Positions 10,080-18,350 of a stretch of 64,000 nucleotides of DNA are shown here, piece by piece (the stretch's first letter is position 1; each line of letters opens with the position of its first letter). The stretch spans positions 78,978-142,977 of the forward strand of contig JAAFJY010000001.1 in NCBI GenBank assembly GCA_013299105.1. Reading direction: 5' to 3'. This DNA is from Chitinophagales bacterium (GTDB lineage: Bacteria; Bacteroidota; Bacteroidia; Chitinophagales; Saprospiraceae). A program made the position numbers and the translations under genes. Below the pieces are notes generated by a model that had not been told where the DNA came from, made no database searches, and worked only from the letters and a program-made list of their open reading frames with translations.

Positions 10080-10625
10080 ATGCTGCGAATTGCGCTGGAC
10101 ATGGACGAGGTCGTCGCCGATGTTCTACCCAAGTTTTTAGACCTCTTTGAACAGTACAATGGCAAAAGACCCAGCCCAGAAGAACTGGCTGGTCGAAAAA
10201 TTTACGACCTCCCAGGAGGCAAACAAGTACGACAGCATATTTACGACAAAGGTTTTTTCCTCGATCTACCATTGATTCCGGGGGCCAAAGAAGGCGTTTT
10301 GGAGCTGTCCAAGCATTATGAAATTTTCTTTGTGACCGCAGCACAAGAGTTTCGCAATAGTTTTGAGGACAAATACGATTGGTTGATCCAGCATTTTCCT
10401 TTCATCGACTGGCGTCATTTTGTGTTTTGTGGCGATAAAAGTGTCATTCAAACCGATTACCTCCTGGATGACCACGCCTTCAACCTGCGCACCTTCAGCG
10501 GGAAAGGACTATTGTTTACAGCCTACCACAACCTCAACGAAACTGAATTTACCCGCCTTGACGATTGGAGCGAAGTGTTGGCTTTTTTTGAAAATGAACG
10601 CACTACGAAATCCACTGCCCCTTGA
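10080..10625 (+). CDS. 5'(3')-deoxyribonucleotidase (NT5C, HAD family)
   Basis: IALDMDEVVAD HAD motif I, FFVTAA, K..WL..HFPF, DYLLDD. Confidence 0.9.
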   Translation: MLRIALDMDEVVADVLPKFLDLFEQYNGKRPSPEELAGRKIYDLPGGKQVRQHIYDKGFFLDLPLIPGAKEGVLELSKHYEIFFVTAAQEFRNSFEDKYDWLIQHFPFIDWRHFVFCGDKSVIQTDYLLDDHAFNLRTFSGKGLLFTAYHNLNETEFTRLDDWSEVLAFFENERTTKSTAP

Positions 10626-11035
10626 GTTGGAAGAATAAAATCCAAGCGCTGCTGCGCTTGAAGATCAAATACGCAGCGTCGGCAGTTGTAGCTACTACAG
10701 TCGATTATGGCGTGTTTTTTTACCTTAGCGAGACCCTGAATTTTTCAGTGGCCAAAGCCCAAAGCATCGCCTATCCAGTGGGGGTGTTGGTAAACTTTCT
10801 GCTGCAACGGCGTTTTGTTTTTACCCAAACCCGCTCACTCTGGATGACCTTTGGCTTGGTCGTATTGGTATCTACTGGTGGCTTGCTGCTCAGTCGTTTT
10901 TTGATGAAAGGTTTTACCGATCACATTTCTTTTTTGAATGAATACAGAATTGTTGCTAAAGTGATGACTTCAGGTATCGTATTTTTTTACAATTTCTACT
11001 TAAAACGCTACGTCTTTGAAGGGAAATTACTGTAA
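10622..11035 (+). CDS. GtrA family membrane protein
   Basis: Four hydrophobic helices, ATTVDYG, NFLLQRRFVF, AK..TSGIVFFYNF..KRYVF; overlaps upstream stop. Confidence 0.85.
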   Translation: MSWKNKIQALLRLKIKYAASAVVATTVDYGVFFYLSETLNFSVAKAQSIAYPVGVLVNFLLQRRFVFTQTRSLWMTFGLVVLVSTGGLLLSRFLMKGFTDHISFLNEYRIVAKVMTSGIVFFYNFYLKRYVFEGKLL

Positions 11036-11315
11036 AGCAGCAGGAATTTCTGTAATGAGCATCGCCTACAAATAGCCGGCACAACCGACGAAAATTGTCA
11101 TCTTTTCTGACTAAAACCTACTGATTTATATTTTTTTATGTAAAAATAATTTTATATTTATCAGCCCATAGGACTGCTGTTCAATTATTTAGCCCGTACT
11201 ATTCTGCCCAAGTGTCATATTTTTTTTGACATTCACAAGTAGATATTGTTCTGAAAACTTCGGAGAAGTTTCCGTAGCTGAGAATTTTGTGATTTTCATG
11301 TTGAAAAGGAGGCGT

Positions 11316-11437
11316 TTATGACCGCGAAGCGGGCCAATTCTGCAAACTCTTTCAAATTCTAGTTAGGTCAACGTCATACAAGTAATTTTGTAATTCTTTA
11401 ATTCTGCCATTCTGAGAATTCTGGTTTAGACAAAAAA
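11316..11437 (+). repeat. REP-like element related to the 2240-2578 repeats
   Basis: gcgaagcgggccaattctg..ggtcaacgtcata and aattctggtttagacaaa shared with the 2.2-2.6 kb locus. Confidence 0.7.
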
Positions 11438-11440
11438 TAC

Positions 11441-11605
11441 CTAGTGGTACGAATTACAAATACCCCCTAGGTTGCGGGCAGGCTATTTGGCTTTGTAGCA
11501 AGGCGAGAGGAGGGAAAATAGTGGACTATTTGACCGACGAACAACGCAGCTACGGGGACAAAGAGCCCCTGGAACTTGGGGCAGATTTACAATTTGGACC
11601 ACTAG
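11441..11605 (+). mobile_element. MITE family 1, copy 1 (165 bp, CTAG at both ends)
   Basis: Imperfect 21 bp terminal inverted repeats ctagtggtacgaattacaaat / atttacaatttggaccactag; 5 differences from the copy at 19901. Confidence 0.88.
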
Positions 11606-11801
11606 CTTGACTATTGTGATCGCCGTTCTCCGAATTTTTCAATATTGTTACAAAATAGAAATAAATCACAAACATTTGATATTCAGATAGATAAATCATT
11701 CTACATCTTGTTCGTCTTTGCTTATTTTCCTTTGTAATTTACACAACAACTTGGATGTTCACATAACAACAAGGTAATCTGATGCTGGTTATCAGCAACT
11801 T

Positions 11802-11846
11802 TAGGGTTTACCCTATTTTACTACCTGTCAATATCTTCTAATTTTG
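11802..11846 (+). promoter_or_regulatory. TAGGG-N4-CCCTA box plus Bacteroidota -7 promoter element (unit A)
   Basis: tagggtttacccta 11802-11815, 23 nt spacer, taattttg 11839-11846. Confidence 0.7.
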
Positions 11847-11850
11847 CGAC

Positions 11851-12065
11851 AGTGAAAAAGGGAGGATTTTTCCTCAAGCCAACAGTGAACTGTTTACTTG
11901 ATTTTTCACACCTAAAGCTTCGCCTACTACCCATATCTATGCGAAGCAGCCGTTTCCCGGCTTATTTACAGAACCTGTGCATTTTAGTAAACATACCGTT
12001 TATTTTATATCCGAGAACCATCTGTCAATGGAATGAGAGGCCGCCTAGGGGGCCTTTCTTTTTTT
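11851..12065 (+). ncRNA. Candidate structured small RNA A
   Basis: Between the promoter and the terminator aggcc-gcctaggg-ggcct-ttcttttttt. Hairpins gtgaaaaa/tttttcac, gagga/tcctc, aacag/ctgtt, gcttcgc/gcgaagc, agccg/cggct. No credible ORF contained within it. Confidence 0.6.
12038..12065 (+). terminator. Rho-independent terminator of unit A
   Basis: aggcc/ggcct stem followed by a U tract. Confidence 0.7.
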
Positions 12066-12100
12066 ATGGGATTTTTGCCGAAATGCGAGCCAGGTGATCT

Positions 12101-12238
12101 CTTAGGGAGCGTAAAAAAAAAGGTGGTCAGGTTTGGGTTTAGTGAAAAAAGAAAAGCAACTGGATGAAAGGATTTGTGTTCTTTTTTTGCTAAACCTCAA
12201 AGACAAAGATGTCCATCTTATTTTAGCTCAAATACTTA
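12101..12238 (+). mobile_element. MITE family 2, copy 2 (short subtype, TTA...TTA flanks)
   Basis: Close match to 9883-10023; TTA at both ends. Confidence 0.82.
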
Positions 12239-12458
12239 TATCATTTGTAACGCTCCAACCTTCTTTCGCATCTTTTGCGCTTCAAAAAATTCCTTTTTGC
12301 TTTTTGCACCAACTCTTTTGCAGTTTATTTTTAAAAAAATCATTTAGGGAGCTCACTAGTTATTTTTTAAGAAATTGATTATCAATTATTTATATCAAAA
12401 ATACACCCATCTCTACTCCACCTTTCAGCGCCCGGAAAAACCCAAAACTTTTTTCATT

Positions 12459-12503
12459 TCGGGTTTCCCCTAGGGTTTGCTCTTGTGCATGGGCCTACCT
12501 TTG
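12459..12503 (+). promoter_or_regulatory. TAGGG-N4-CCCTA-like box plus -7 element (unit B)
   Basis: tcgggtttccccta 12459-12472, 23 nt spacer, tacctttg 12496-12503. Confidence 0.68.
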
Positions 12504-12507
12504 TACC

Positions 12508-12748
12508 AGATCAAACGAGATCAGTTGGAGGTTTTTAGGTCGAAATCAGTGTAGTAACAGTTTCTATCGAAGTACTTCCAGCCATCCTCAAGCCTATTTC
12601 CAAAAAACCAAAAATATGCTTCAAGCAGGTTTATCCGCACTTTTATGAGGTCCTGCTGAAGCGCTTTTTTTGAGCAGGTTGATACCAAAAACTATTTTAT
12701 TGGAATGGGGGTCGCTAAGGGCAAGGGCGGCCCCCAGTTTTTTCAAAA
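12508..12748 (+). ncRNA. Candidate structured small RNA B
   Basis: Promoter to terminator tgggggtcgc/gcggccccca-gtttttt; internal hairpin gcttcaagcagg/cctgctgaagc; 3' motif shared with A and C. Confidence 0.6.
12708..12748 (+). terminator. Rho-independent terminator of unit B
   Basis: 10 bp GC-rich stem with one G-U pair, followed by gttttttc. Confidence 0.75.
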
Positions 12749-12790
12749 CATAGGCTTTGTGTACATGATGAGTATCTGAGCGAAAAATAC

Positions 12791-12863
12791 TAGGGAAAAC
12801 CCTAAGTTTTTTTGACACTAGTGAAACCCCTAAGCTGGTAGCTAAATTACAAAGCTACCTTTG
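12791..12863 (+). promoter_or_regulatory. Two TAGGG-N4-CCCTA boxes plus -7 element (unit C)
   Basis: tagggaaaacccta 12791-12804, tagtgaaaccccta 12819-12832, 23 nt spacer, tacctttg 12856-12863. Confidence 0.72.
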
Positions 12864-12867
12864 TTTT

Positions 12868-13080
12868 GTCCCGTAAAAAACTTTTAAATTTTCATCCCAA
12901 AACCCAATACGAGCGAGAGGCAATCTACATATCCCCCTCCCCCTAAAGATAAAAACAATCCGGGCAATGGGGTACTGCTTCCGGGACCTGACTTGAACGA
13001 AAGTCAACCCAGGAATGCTGATACCCAAGAACTATTTGATGGTCAGTAAGGCCGCTCCGAAAATGGGCGGCCTTTCTATT
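12868..13080 (+). ncRNA. Candidate structured small RNA C
   Basis: Promoter to terminator aggccgc(t)cc/gggcggcct-ttctatttt; long hairpin gggta..gcttcc.ggg..tgactt/aagtca..ccc.ggaatgc..taccc. Confidence 0.62.
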
Positions 13081-13083
13081 TTT
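13049..13083 (+). terminator. Rho-independent terminator of unit C
   Basis: aggccgctccgaaaatgggcggcct followed by a U-rich tail. Confidence 0.75.
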
Positions 13084-13130
13084 AGGGCTATTTCAAGCCT
13101 TATTTTTTACGCCCTCCACGACTTTCTTAA

Positions 13131-13138
13131 TACCTTTG
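13131..13138 (+). promoter_or_regulatory. -7 promoter element upstream of prs
   Basis: tacctttg matches TAnnTTTG; no TAGGG-N4-CCCTA box at the matching distance. Confidence 0.55.
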
Positions 13139-13239
13139 TGGTCGAAAAAGTGTTTTGATCAAAAATCGCTCAAAACAGACACGAAAGCAGCCTTGTGCTC
13201 CGTTTCGTAAAAACATTCGTCAAATTGTACACAGAACTC

Positions 13240-14172
13240 ATGGTTGAGGTAAAACTTTTTTCCTGTACGGAATCCCAATACCTGGCTGAAAAAATTGCTG
13301 ACTATTATGGCAGCCCGCTCGGAGAACGCCATATCCATCGCTTCAGCGACGGCGAAATGCAACCTGTAATCCAGGAATCGGTACGTGGAGCCTATGTGTT
13401 TTTTATCCAATCCACTTTTCCGCCTGCTGATAATCTACTGGAACTATTGCTGATGATTGATGCGGCCAAACGCGCTTCAGCAGGCTACATCACTGCGGTT
13501 ATTCCATATTTTGGCTACGCTCGCCAAGACCGCAAAGACCAACCTCGCGTTCCCATTTCGGCCAAACTGATCGCCAATCTCATTCAAGCAGCCGGGGTCA
13601 ATAGGATCATGACCATGGATTTACACGCTGATCAAATCCAGGGCTTCTTTGACATCCCGGTGGACCACCTCAAAAGTGAGGCCATTTATATCCCATACTT
13701 GCAAGAAACTGGCGTGGACAATGTCATTTTTGCCTCGCCCGACGTAGGTGGGGTGAAGCGTACCCGTGCTTATTCCAAGTACTTTTCTACCGACTTGGTG
13801 ATCTGTGACAAGTACCGCGAAAAAGCCAACGAAGTGGCCGGAATGACCGTCATCGGCAACGTAGAAGGCCGCAATGTGATCTTGGTAGATGACATGGTCG
13901 ACACCGCCGGAACCCTGTGTCGAGCCGCAGATATTATCATGAAAAAAGGTGCCAAAAGTGTAAAAGCCCTGTGTACACACCCCATTTTGAGTGGCAATGC
14001 CTACGAGAATATCGAAAATTCGGCGCTTGATGAAATGATCGTTTGTGATACCATTCCACTCAAACAAGAATCGAAAAAAATCAAGGTTTTGTCCACTGCT
14101 AAACTCTTTGCCCGCGCCATCCGCAATACGCACGAGCACCGCTCGATCTCGGCATTGTTTGTGGAGGGATAA
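13240..14172 (+). CDS. prs: Ribose-phosphate pyrophosphokinase
   Basis: RFSDGE, YFGYARQDRK, MDLHADQIQGFFDIPVD, SPDVGG, LVDDMVDTAGT. Confidence 0.97.
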   Translation: MVEVKLFSCTESQYLAEKIADYYGSPLGERHIHRFSDGEMQPVIQESVRGAYVFFIQSTFPPADNLLELLLMIDAAKRASAGYITAVIPYFGYARQDRKDQPRVPISAKLIANLIQAAGVNRIMTMDLHADQIQGFFDIPVDHLKSEAIYIPYLQETGVDNVIFASPDVGGVKRTRAYSKYFSTDLVICDKYREKANEVAGMTVIGNVEGRNVILVDDMVDTAGTLCRAADIIMKKGAKSVKALCTHPILSGNAYENIENSALDEMIVCDTIPLKQESKKIKVLSTAKLFARAIRNTHEHRSISALFVEG

Positions 14173-14179
14173 GTTTATG

Positions 14180-14213
14180 GTTGAGGAGTTGAGAGGTTTA
14201 GAGGTTGAGGAGA
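14180..14213 (+). repeat. 4 x 8-mer GTTGA-core tandem array
   Basis: ggttgaggagttgagaggtttagaggttgaggag just after the prs stop. Confidence 0.6.
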
Positions 14214-14240
14214 GCGGTTTTGGGCGAAGCATAAATACAT

Positions 14241-14296
14241 CCTATCATCAAAAAGGGCAGTGCTGAATCATCAACACTGCCCTTTTTGATGATAGG
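14241..14296. terminator. Bidirectional terminator between prs and terC-like gene
   Basis: Perfect 22 bp inverted repeat cctatcatcaaaaagggcagtg / cactgccctttttgatgatagg. Confidence 0.85.
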
Positions 14297-14301
14297 GTTT
14301 A

Positions 14302-15078
14302 TTACTCTTTTGATTCACTGCCCTTGGGAAACCCAAAGAAGTAGGAAGTCAAAATCGGCACCACAAAAATCAAGACTGTTAGAATGGAAACAATGCCATC
14401 CGCAGTTTCACCATCCAAAAATTTGCTGATGGCCAAGTCTGGTTGAAAATGGGTAAACAAGGAAGCGGTGAGTTTGATCCCCAGAATAGCAATCACGATG
14501 AAGGCAATGCTTTCCAAAAAAGCGAAGCGCTCCATTAACTTCACAAAAGCCTGGGCCACAAAACGCATCGCCAAAATACCGATGAAAACCCCCAAACAGA
14601 TGAGGTAAATGTTATCGGTAAAAGCCACCGCTGCAAAAACGTTGTCGATGGAAAAAGCCAGGTCCATTAATTCTACCAAAGCCACGGTGGCCCAGAAATT
14701 ACCCAGAGAGCCTACAGTTGCCCGATACAGCCAGTTACCTTTTTTATCGAGCAAATCGTCTGATTCATCATCCGGGGTTGATTTGCCTTTGAAAAAACCG
14801 TAGGCCAAATATAGCAGGTACAGGCCCCCTAATGGTTTTAACCACCAAATTTTGATCAACTGGGCTGCAAAAATGAGGCAAAGCCCCCGGAACACATAGG
14901 CACCAATGATGCCATAACGCAGGGCCTTGTCGCGCTGTTCTTTGGGCAGGTCCATGACCATGGTCGCCAATACCGCAGCATTATCGACCGAAAGCAAGCT
15001 TTCAATCAGGATCAAATTGAGTACAATCAGGATGTTTGCACTGGCGTCTTGTCCAAAAAAATCTTGTAAAAATTCCAT
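14302..15078 (-). CDS. TerC family integral membrane protein
   Basis: ESLLSVDNAAV, GIIGAYVFRG, VELMDLAFSIDNVFAA, GILAMRFVA. Confidence 0.92.
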   Translation of the reverse strand: MEFLQDFFGQDASANILIVLNLILIESLLSVDNAAVLATMVMDLPKEQRDKALRYGIIGAYVFRGLCLIFAAQLIKIWWLKPLGGLYLLYLAYGFFKGKSTPDDESDDLLDKKGNWLYRATVGSLGNFWATVALVELMDLAFSIDNVFAAVAFTDNIYLICLGVFIGILAMRFVAQAFVKLMERFAFLESIAFIVIAILGIKLTASLFTHFQPDLAISKFLDGETADGIVSILTVLIFVVPILTSYFFGFPKGSESKE

Positions 15079-15246
15079 TCAAATACTTAGCTAATCAGAT
15101 GAAGCAACAAAAGTAAGATTAATTCGCGTTATCTGAGTAATTGATCCGGCTGATTTCGGATTCGAGGGCTTTTGATAGATAATAGCCTTCCGAATGCTAA
15201 TTGTTGTAAAAGCCTTTTTTACTTTTGGCAAAAATTAGTTCAAACT

Positions 15247-16086
15247 ATGTTCATCAACATTAAAAAGTCGGTTGCGAGCGCCTTCGCTTGCATCATTTTC
15301 CTGGGTTGCGGCCATTTGGCCTTGGCCCAAACAAGTCCTCAACGTTTTTTTCGCCAAGATTTTGGTTTGTATTTGCCCGTGTTCAAAGACCAATTGGGCT
15401 CTTCGCTGGCGTTCAGTGGTTTGGGTATCATGCTAGACATGGGTGGCCTGCGGATCAGCCCCGATTGGCGGATGGAGTCGGGTTTTATGGCAGGTTTTGG
15501 CGTGGGCACGGCCAACGCGACAGGCGATGGCATCGCACAATCGGCCTTGCATTTCAACCTGCGAGCCAGCCAAGCCTACCTGCGCAGGCTAAGTGCTGAA
15601 CAAAATCGACTGCGCATTGACTTGGGCGGAAGGCTGGATGCAGGTTCGCAAATCCAGGTATTTACCAGCAACGACAACAATATTTTCCTGTATCAGTTGG
15701 CTGCTACGCTAGGGCCACAAGTGCAGTTGAGTCTGCCTTTTCAGTTTAAATCCAGGGATTTTGAGGCGCATTGGGGCCTGGGGTTGCCCTTGGCAGCCTA
15801 CTCGGTTCGCCCTACATTCATTGGTGTCGATCCTTCCGTGATCAGTGACGAGACCGGAGTTTTTGACAATGCCCGCTTTGTTTTTCTCAACAAATACCTG
15901 GCATATGATTATGTATTGGGAATAGATCGGGTCTTGAGCAATGGCAACCGCTTTCGCTTTGCTTATCGTGGAGGCTTTCTGAGCGACCGCAGCCAGCCCA
16001 ATGGCACCTTGCAAAGAGCCTATGGAGCCCTCACTTTTGGCTTGTTGTTCAACATTCCTGAACGCGAACGCCGCCGCAATTTCTGA
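15247..16086 (+). CDS. Exported protein, probable outer-membrane beta-barrel, paired with the S41 peptidase
   Basis: Signal peptide ..HLALA|Q; alternating beta-strand pattern; 27 bp from the downstream S41 gene. Confidence 0.6.
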   Translation: MFINIKKSVASAFACIIFLGCGHLALAQTSPQRFFRQDFGLYLPVFKDQLGSSLAFSGLGIMLDMGGLRISPDWRMESGFMAGFGVGTANATGDGIAQSALHFNLRASQAYLRRLSAEQNRLRIDLGGRLDAGSQIQVFTSNDNNIFLYQLAATLGPQVQLSLPFQFKSRDFEAHWGLGLPLAAYSVRPTFIGVDPSVISDETGVFDNARFVFLNKYLAYDYVLGIDRVLSNGNRFRFAYRGGFLSDRSQPNGTLQRAYGALTFGLLFNIPERERRRNF

Positions 16087-16113
16087 TTTTCCCAAACCCA
16101 AAATTTTTCCAAA

Positions 16114-17133
16114 ATGATTTTTCAACGCTTGAAATTATGGGCCTTGGGCTTGCTTTTGGTGGCCACTTTGCCCGCTTGCGAACTGGCCCTGGTCCAGTCC
16201 GACTTTGAAAACTCCCCTACCGAGTGTTTCGAGTTTTTATCGACAACGATCGAAGAAAAATACGCCTTCTTGGAGTTCAAAAGGGTCAATTGGGACTCGA
16301 TCGTGACGGCCAATCGCCCCAAAGTAAATGATGAGATGTCGCAGGAGGAACTGTTCAAAATCCTGTCCAACATGTTGTACCAATTGCACGATGGCCACGT
16401 CAACCTTGCCAGCGATTTTGACCGCTCGCGCAACTGGGATTGGTACCTCAACTACCCCGAAAACTACCGCGAAGACGTGATGGAGCGCAACTACCTGGGC
16501 AAAGACTTCCTGAGTACGGGTTCCTTGCCCAATCAAATTTTGAAAGGCAATGTGGGCTACATCCGTTACAGCAGCTTTGGCAACCCCATCAGCGACGCCG
16601 ATTTTACCTACGTGATGGAGCGTTTCAAAAACACCCGGGGCCTGATCATCGACATTCGCAACAATGGTGGTGGGGCAATCTCCAATGCCAACCTGATGGT
16701 ATCGTACTTCATTGCCCAAAAAACGCCCGTGTTGAAATACTTCGAAAAAGTAGGCCCCGGCCCCGAAGAATTCAATGGCCCTTTTGTGCTGAACATTGAG
16801 CCCGCCGACAAGCAGTATTTTGCCAACAAAACCATCGTGGTGCTGACCAATCGCAGCAGTTACAGCGCGGCGAGTTTTTTCCCAGCCATGATGAGCGCAT
16901 TGCCCAACGTGATCTTGATGGGCGATACCACGGGCGGCGGTGGTGGCTTACCGACCAGTACCCAATTGCCCAATGGCTGGAACCTTCGTTACAGTTCCAC
17001 GATCACGACTACCATGAAAGACTTCAACTACGAGGATGGCATGCCCGTTAACATCCGCGTAGACCTCGACCCGGTGAAAGCCAACCAAGGGATTGATACG
17101 ATGATTGAAAGGGCGCTGGCGGAGATTAAGTGA
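16114..17133 (+). CDS. S41 family peptidase lipoprotein
   Basis: Lipobox LPAC; DGHV, GYIRY, LIIDIRNNGGG, SYSAA, GDTTGG. Confidence 0.9.
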   Translation: MIFQRLKLWALGLLLVATLPACELALVQSDFENSPTECFEFLSTTIEEKYAFLEFKRVNWDSIVTANRPKVNDEMSQEELFKILSNMLYQLHDGHVNLASDFDRSRNWDWYLNYPENYREDVMERNYLGKDFLSTGSLPNQILKGNVGYIRYSSFGNPISDADFTYVMERFKNTRGLIIDIRNNGGGAISNANLMVSYFIAQKTPVLKYFEKVGPGPEEFNGPFVLNIEPADKQYFANKTIVVLTNRSSYSAASFFPAMMSALPNVILMGDTTGGGGGLPTSTQLPNGWNLRYSSTITTTMKDFNYEDGMPVNIRVDLDPVKANQGIDTMIERALAEIK

Positions 17134-17411
17134 GGGGGCGTTTTGATTTGATGCGAGCCAAGGAAACAAGCTGCTGCTTTTTGGTCGGATTTTTTTGAAG
17201 TGCGACTTACGAATGACTACTTACGACTTACGAAGTGGGGGCTCGCGTTTGAGGATTGCCGAGAAGTTTATGTTTCTGTTTGATCCTTGTTTATTCGAAT
17301 CCTACTCTATTTGGTACAATCCGACCTGATTTGGAGCCCTTTTTTAAAGATATTGCCCCAGGTATTCGTTGGAACTTTGCAAGAAGCTCAATGTTAAAAA
17401 AGGGCCTTTCA

Positions 17412-17449
17412 AAAGGCCCACAAGAGAAGCTGTTCTTTTGTGGGCCTTT
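17412..17449. terminator. Terminator-like hairpin between the convergent S41 and DUF1493 genes
   Basis: aaaggcccacaagaga / tcttttgtgggccttt. Confidence 0.6.
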
Positions 17450-17557
17450 GTCAAAGTCCCCGTATCTCGCTTGCGCAAAGAAGAGCTGCTCAAAGCCCTG
17501 CTGGGAGCGGGTTGAGGCGAAAAAGGTTGCGCGAAGGCGAAATAAAAAGTGCTGGCA

Positions 17558-17875
17558 TTAACTACTTGGGCGTAAAATTCCTTCGATAATTCCTTGTTCT
17601 AAATCTTTTACCAATAAAGACTTGCATTGGCAGGTGGACGAGAAGAATCCCTTGAGGCCGGATGGCGAAAAACCTTCATCAAAAAAATAATCCCGAAACT
17701 CAAAGCATGACAAGTCCACTCCAAAATGGGCGCTGTAACTGTCCATCAACTCTTGTGCGTCATCTCCGTCGATGCCCAAATCCTCAGTAATGCGTAAGTC
17801 TTCCGAGATCTGGGCGAGTTTTTTGGAGCAAAAGGTCTCCAAAAATGGCTTCAATTCCTCAGTTGTATTTTTCAT
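17558..17875 (-). CDS. DUF1493 family (acyl-carrier-like) protein, possibly leaderless
   Basis: EDLGIDGDDA.ELM..Y...FGVD.S.F.F..YF.DEG; tacatttg -7 element ends 4 nt before the ATG. Confidence 0.7.
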   Translation of the reverse strand: MKNTTEELKPFLETFCSKKLAQISEDLRITEDLGIDGDDAQELMDSYSAHFGVDLSCFEFRDYFFDEGFSPSGLKGFFSSTCQCKSLLVKDLEQGIIEGILRPSS

Positions 17876-18122
17876 GGTGCAAATGTAGAAACTTCGCGAA
17901 AATGCCAAAATGAATTTTCGCACAATCTTTTTCGTGGTGAATTTCGACGAGGAATAGAGGCTTGAGTAACAAATTTTTACGCGATTTTTTGGAAGTTCTC
18001 AATCCTTTTTCAAGACAATCAAAAAAAGTCAGCTTTGGATGAAGTCGAAAACGATTAATTTGATCCCAACGGCTTTCCTGATCCTTTAAACGGCTGCCCT
18101 AATGCCAATGGCCCTTACCTAT

Positions 18123-18312
18123 CTTGAGGCGAGCAAAAGTTCGGAGAACTTTGACGTTTGTAGCTTCAGCGACGTGGGCTTTTTTGGCACTTCGGATGAA
18201 GTGCGACCTTTAACCATTGCTGTTTTAACATCGCACTTCATCCGAAGTGCACGTATCACCTCGGCACTTCGAGCTACAAACCTCTCACTTCTACGAAGTA
18301 AAGCGCTCACAA
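18123..18312. repeat. Nested palindromic REP/BIME-like element
   Basis: Perfect 19 bp IR cacttcggatgaagtgcga / tcgcacttcatccgaagtg inside outer IR gtttgtagct / agctacaaac. Confidence 0.75.
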
Positions 18313-18350
18313 AAAATACGGATTGAGAACTTACATTTTTTTTCACGCGG

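Noticed and set aside
11036-11315. Possible fourth small-RNA unit
   Set aside because: tatattta (11153) is not a full TAnnTTTG, there is no box at the 23 nt spacing, and the shared 3' motif is absent.
11852-12097. 81 aa ORF over candidate RNA A
   Set aside because: It starts at a GTG at the predicted TSS, reads through the terminator (the ..GPFFF.. translation is the U tract) and has no recognisable motif. More likely spurious, though Ribo-seq would be needed to exclude it.
12133-12378. 81 aa ORF, and the similar 9947-10150 ORF
   Set aside because: Both translate MITE family 2 sequence and are not genes.
12618-12650. 10-codon ORF MLQAGLSALL in unit B with an A-rich upstream context
   Set aside because: It lies within a hairpin arm and has no counterpart in units A or C, so it was not called.
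17256-17561. 101 aa plus-strand ORF
   Set aside because: It crosses a terminator hairpin, has no motif, and ends at the DUF1493 stop; likely non-coding.
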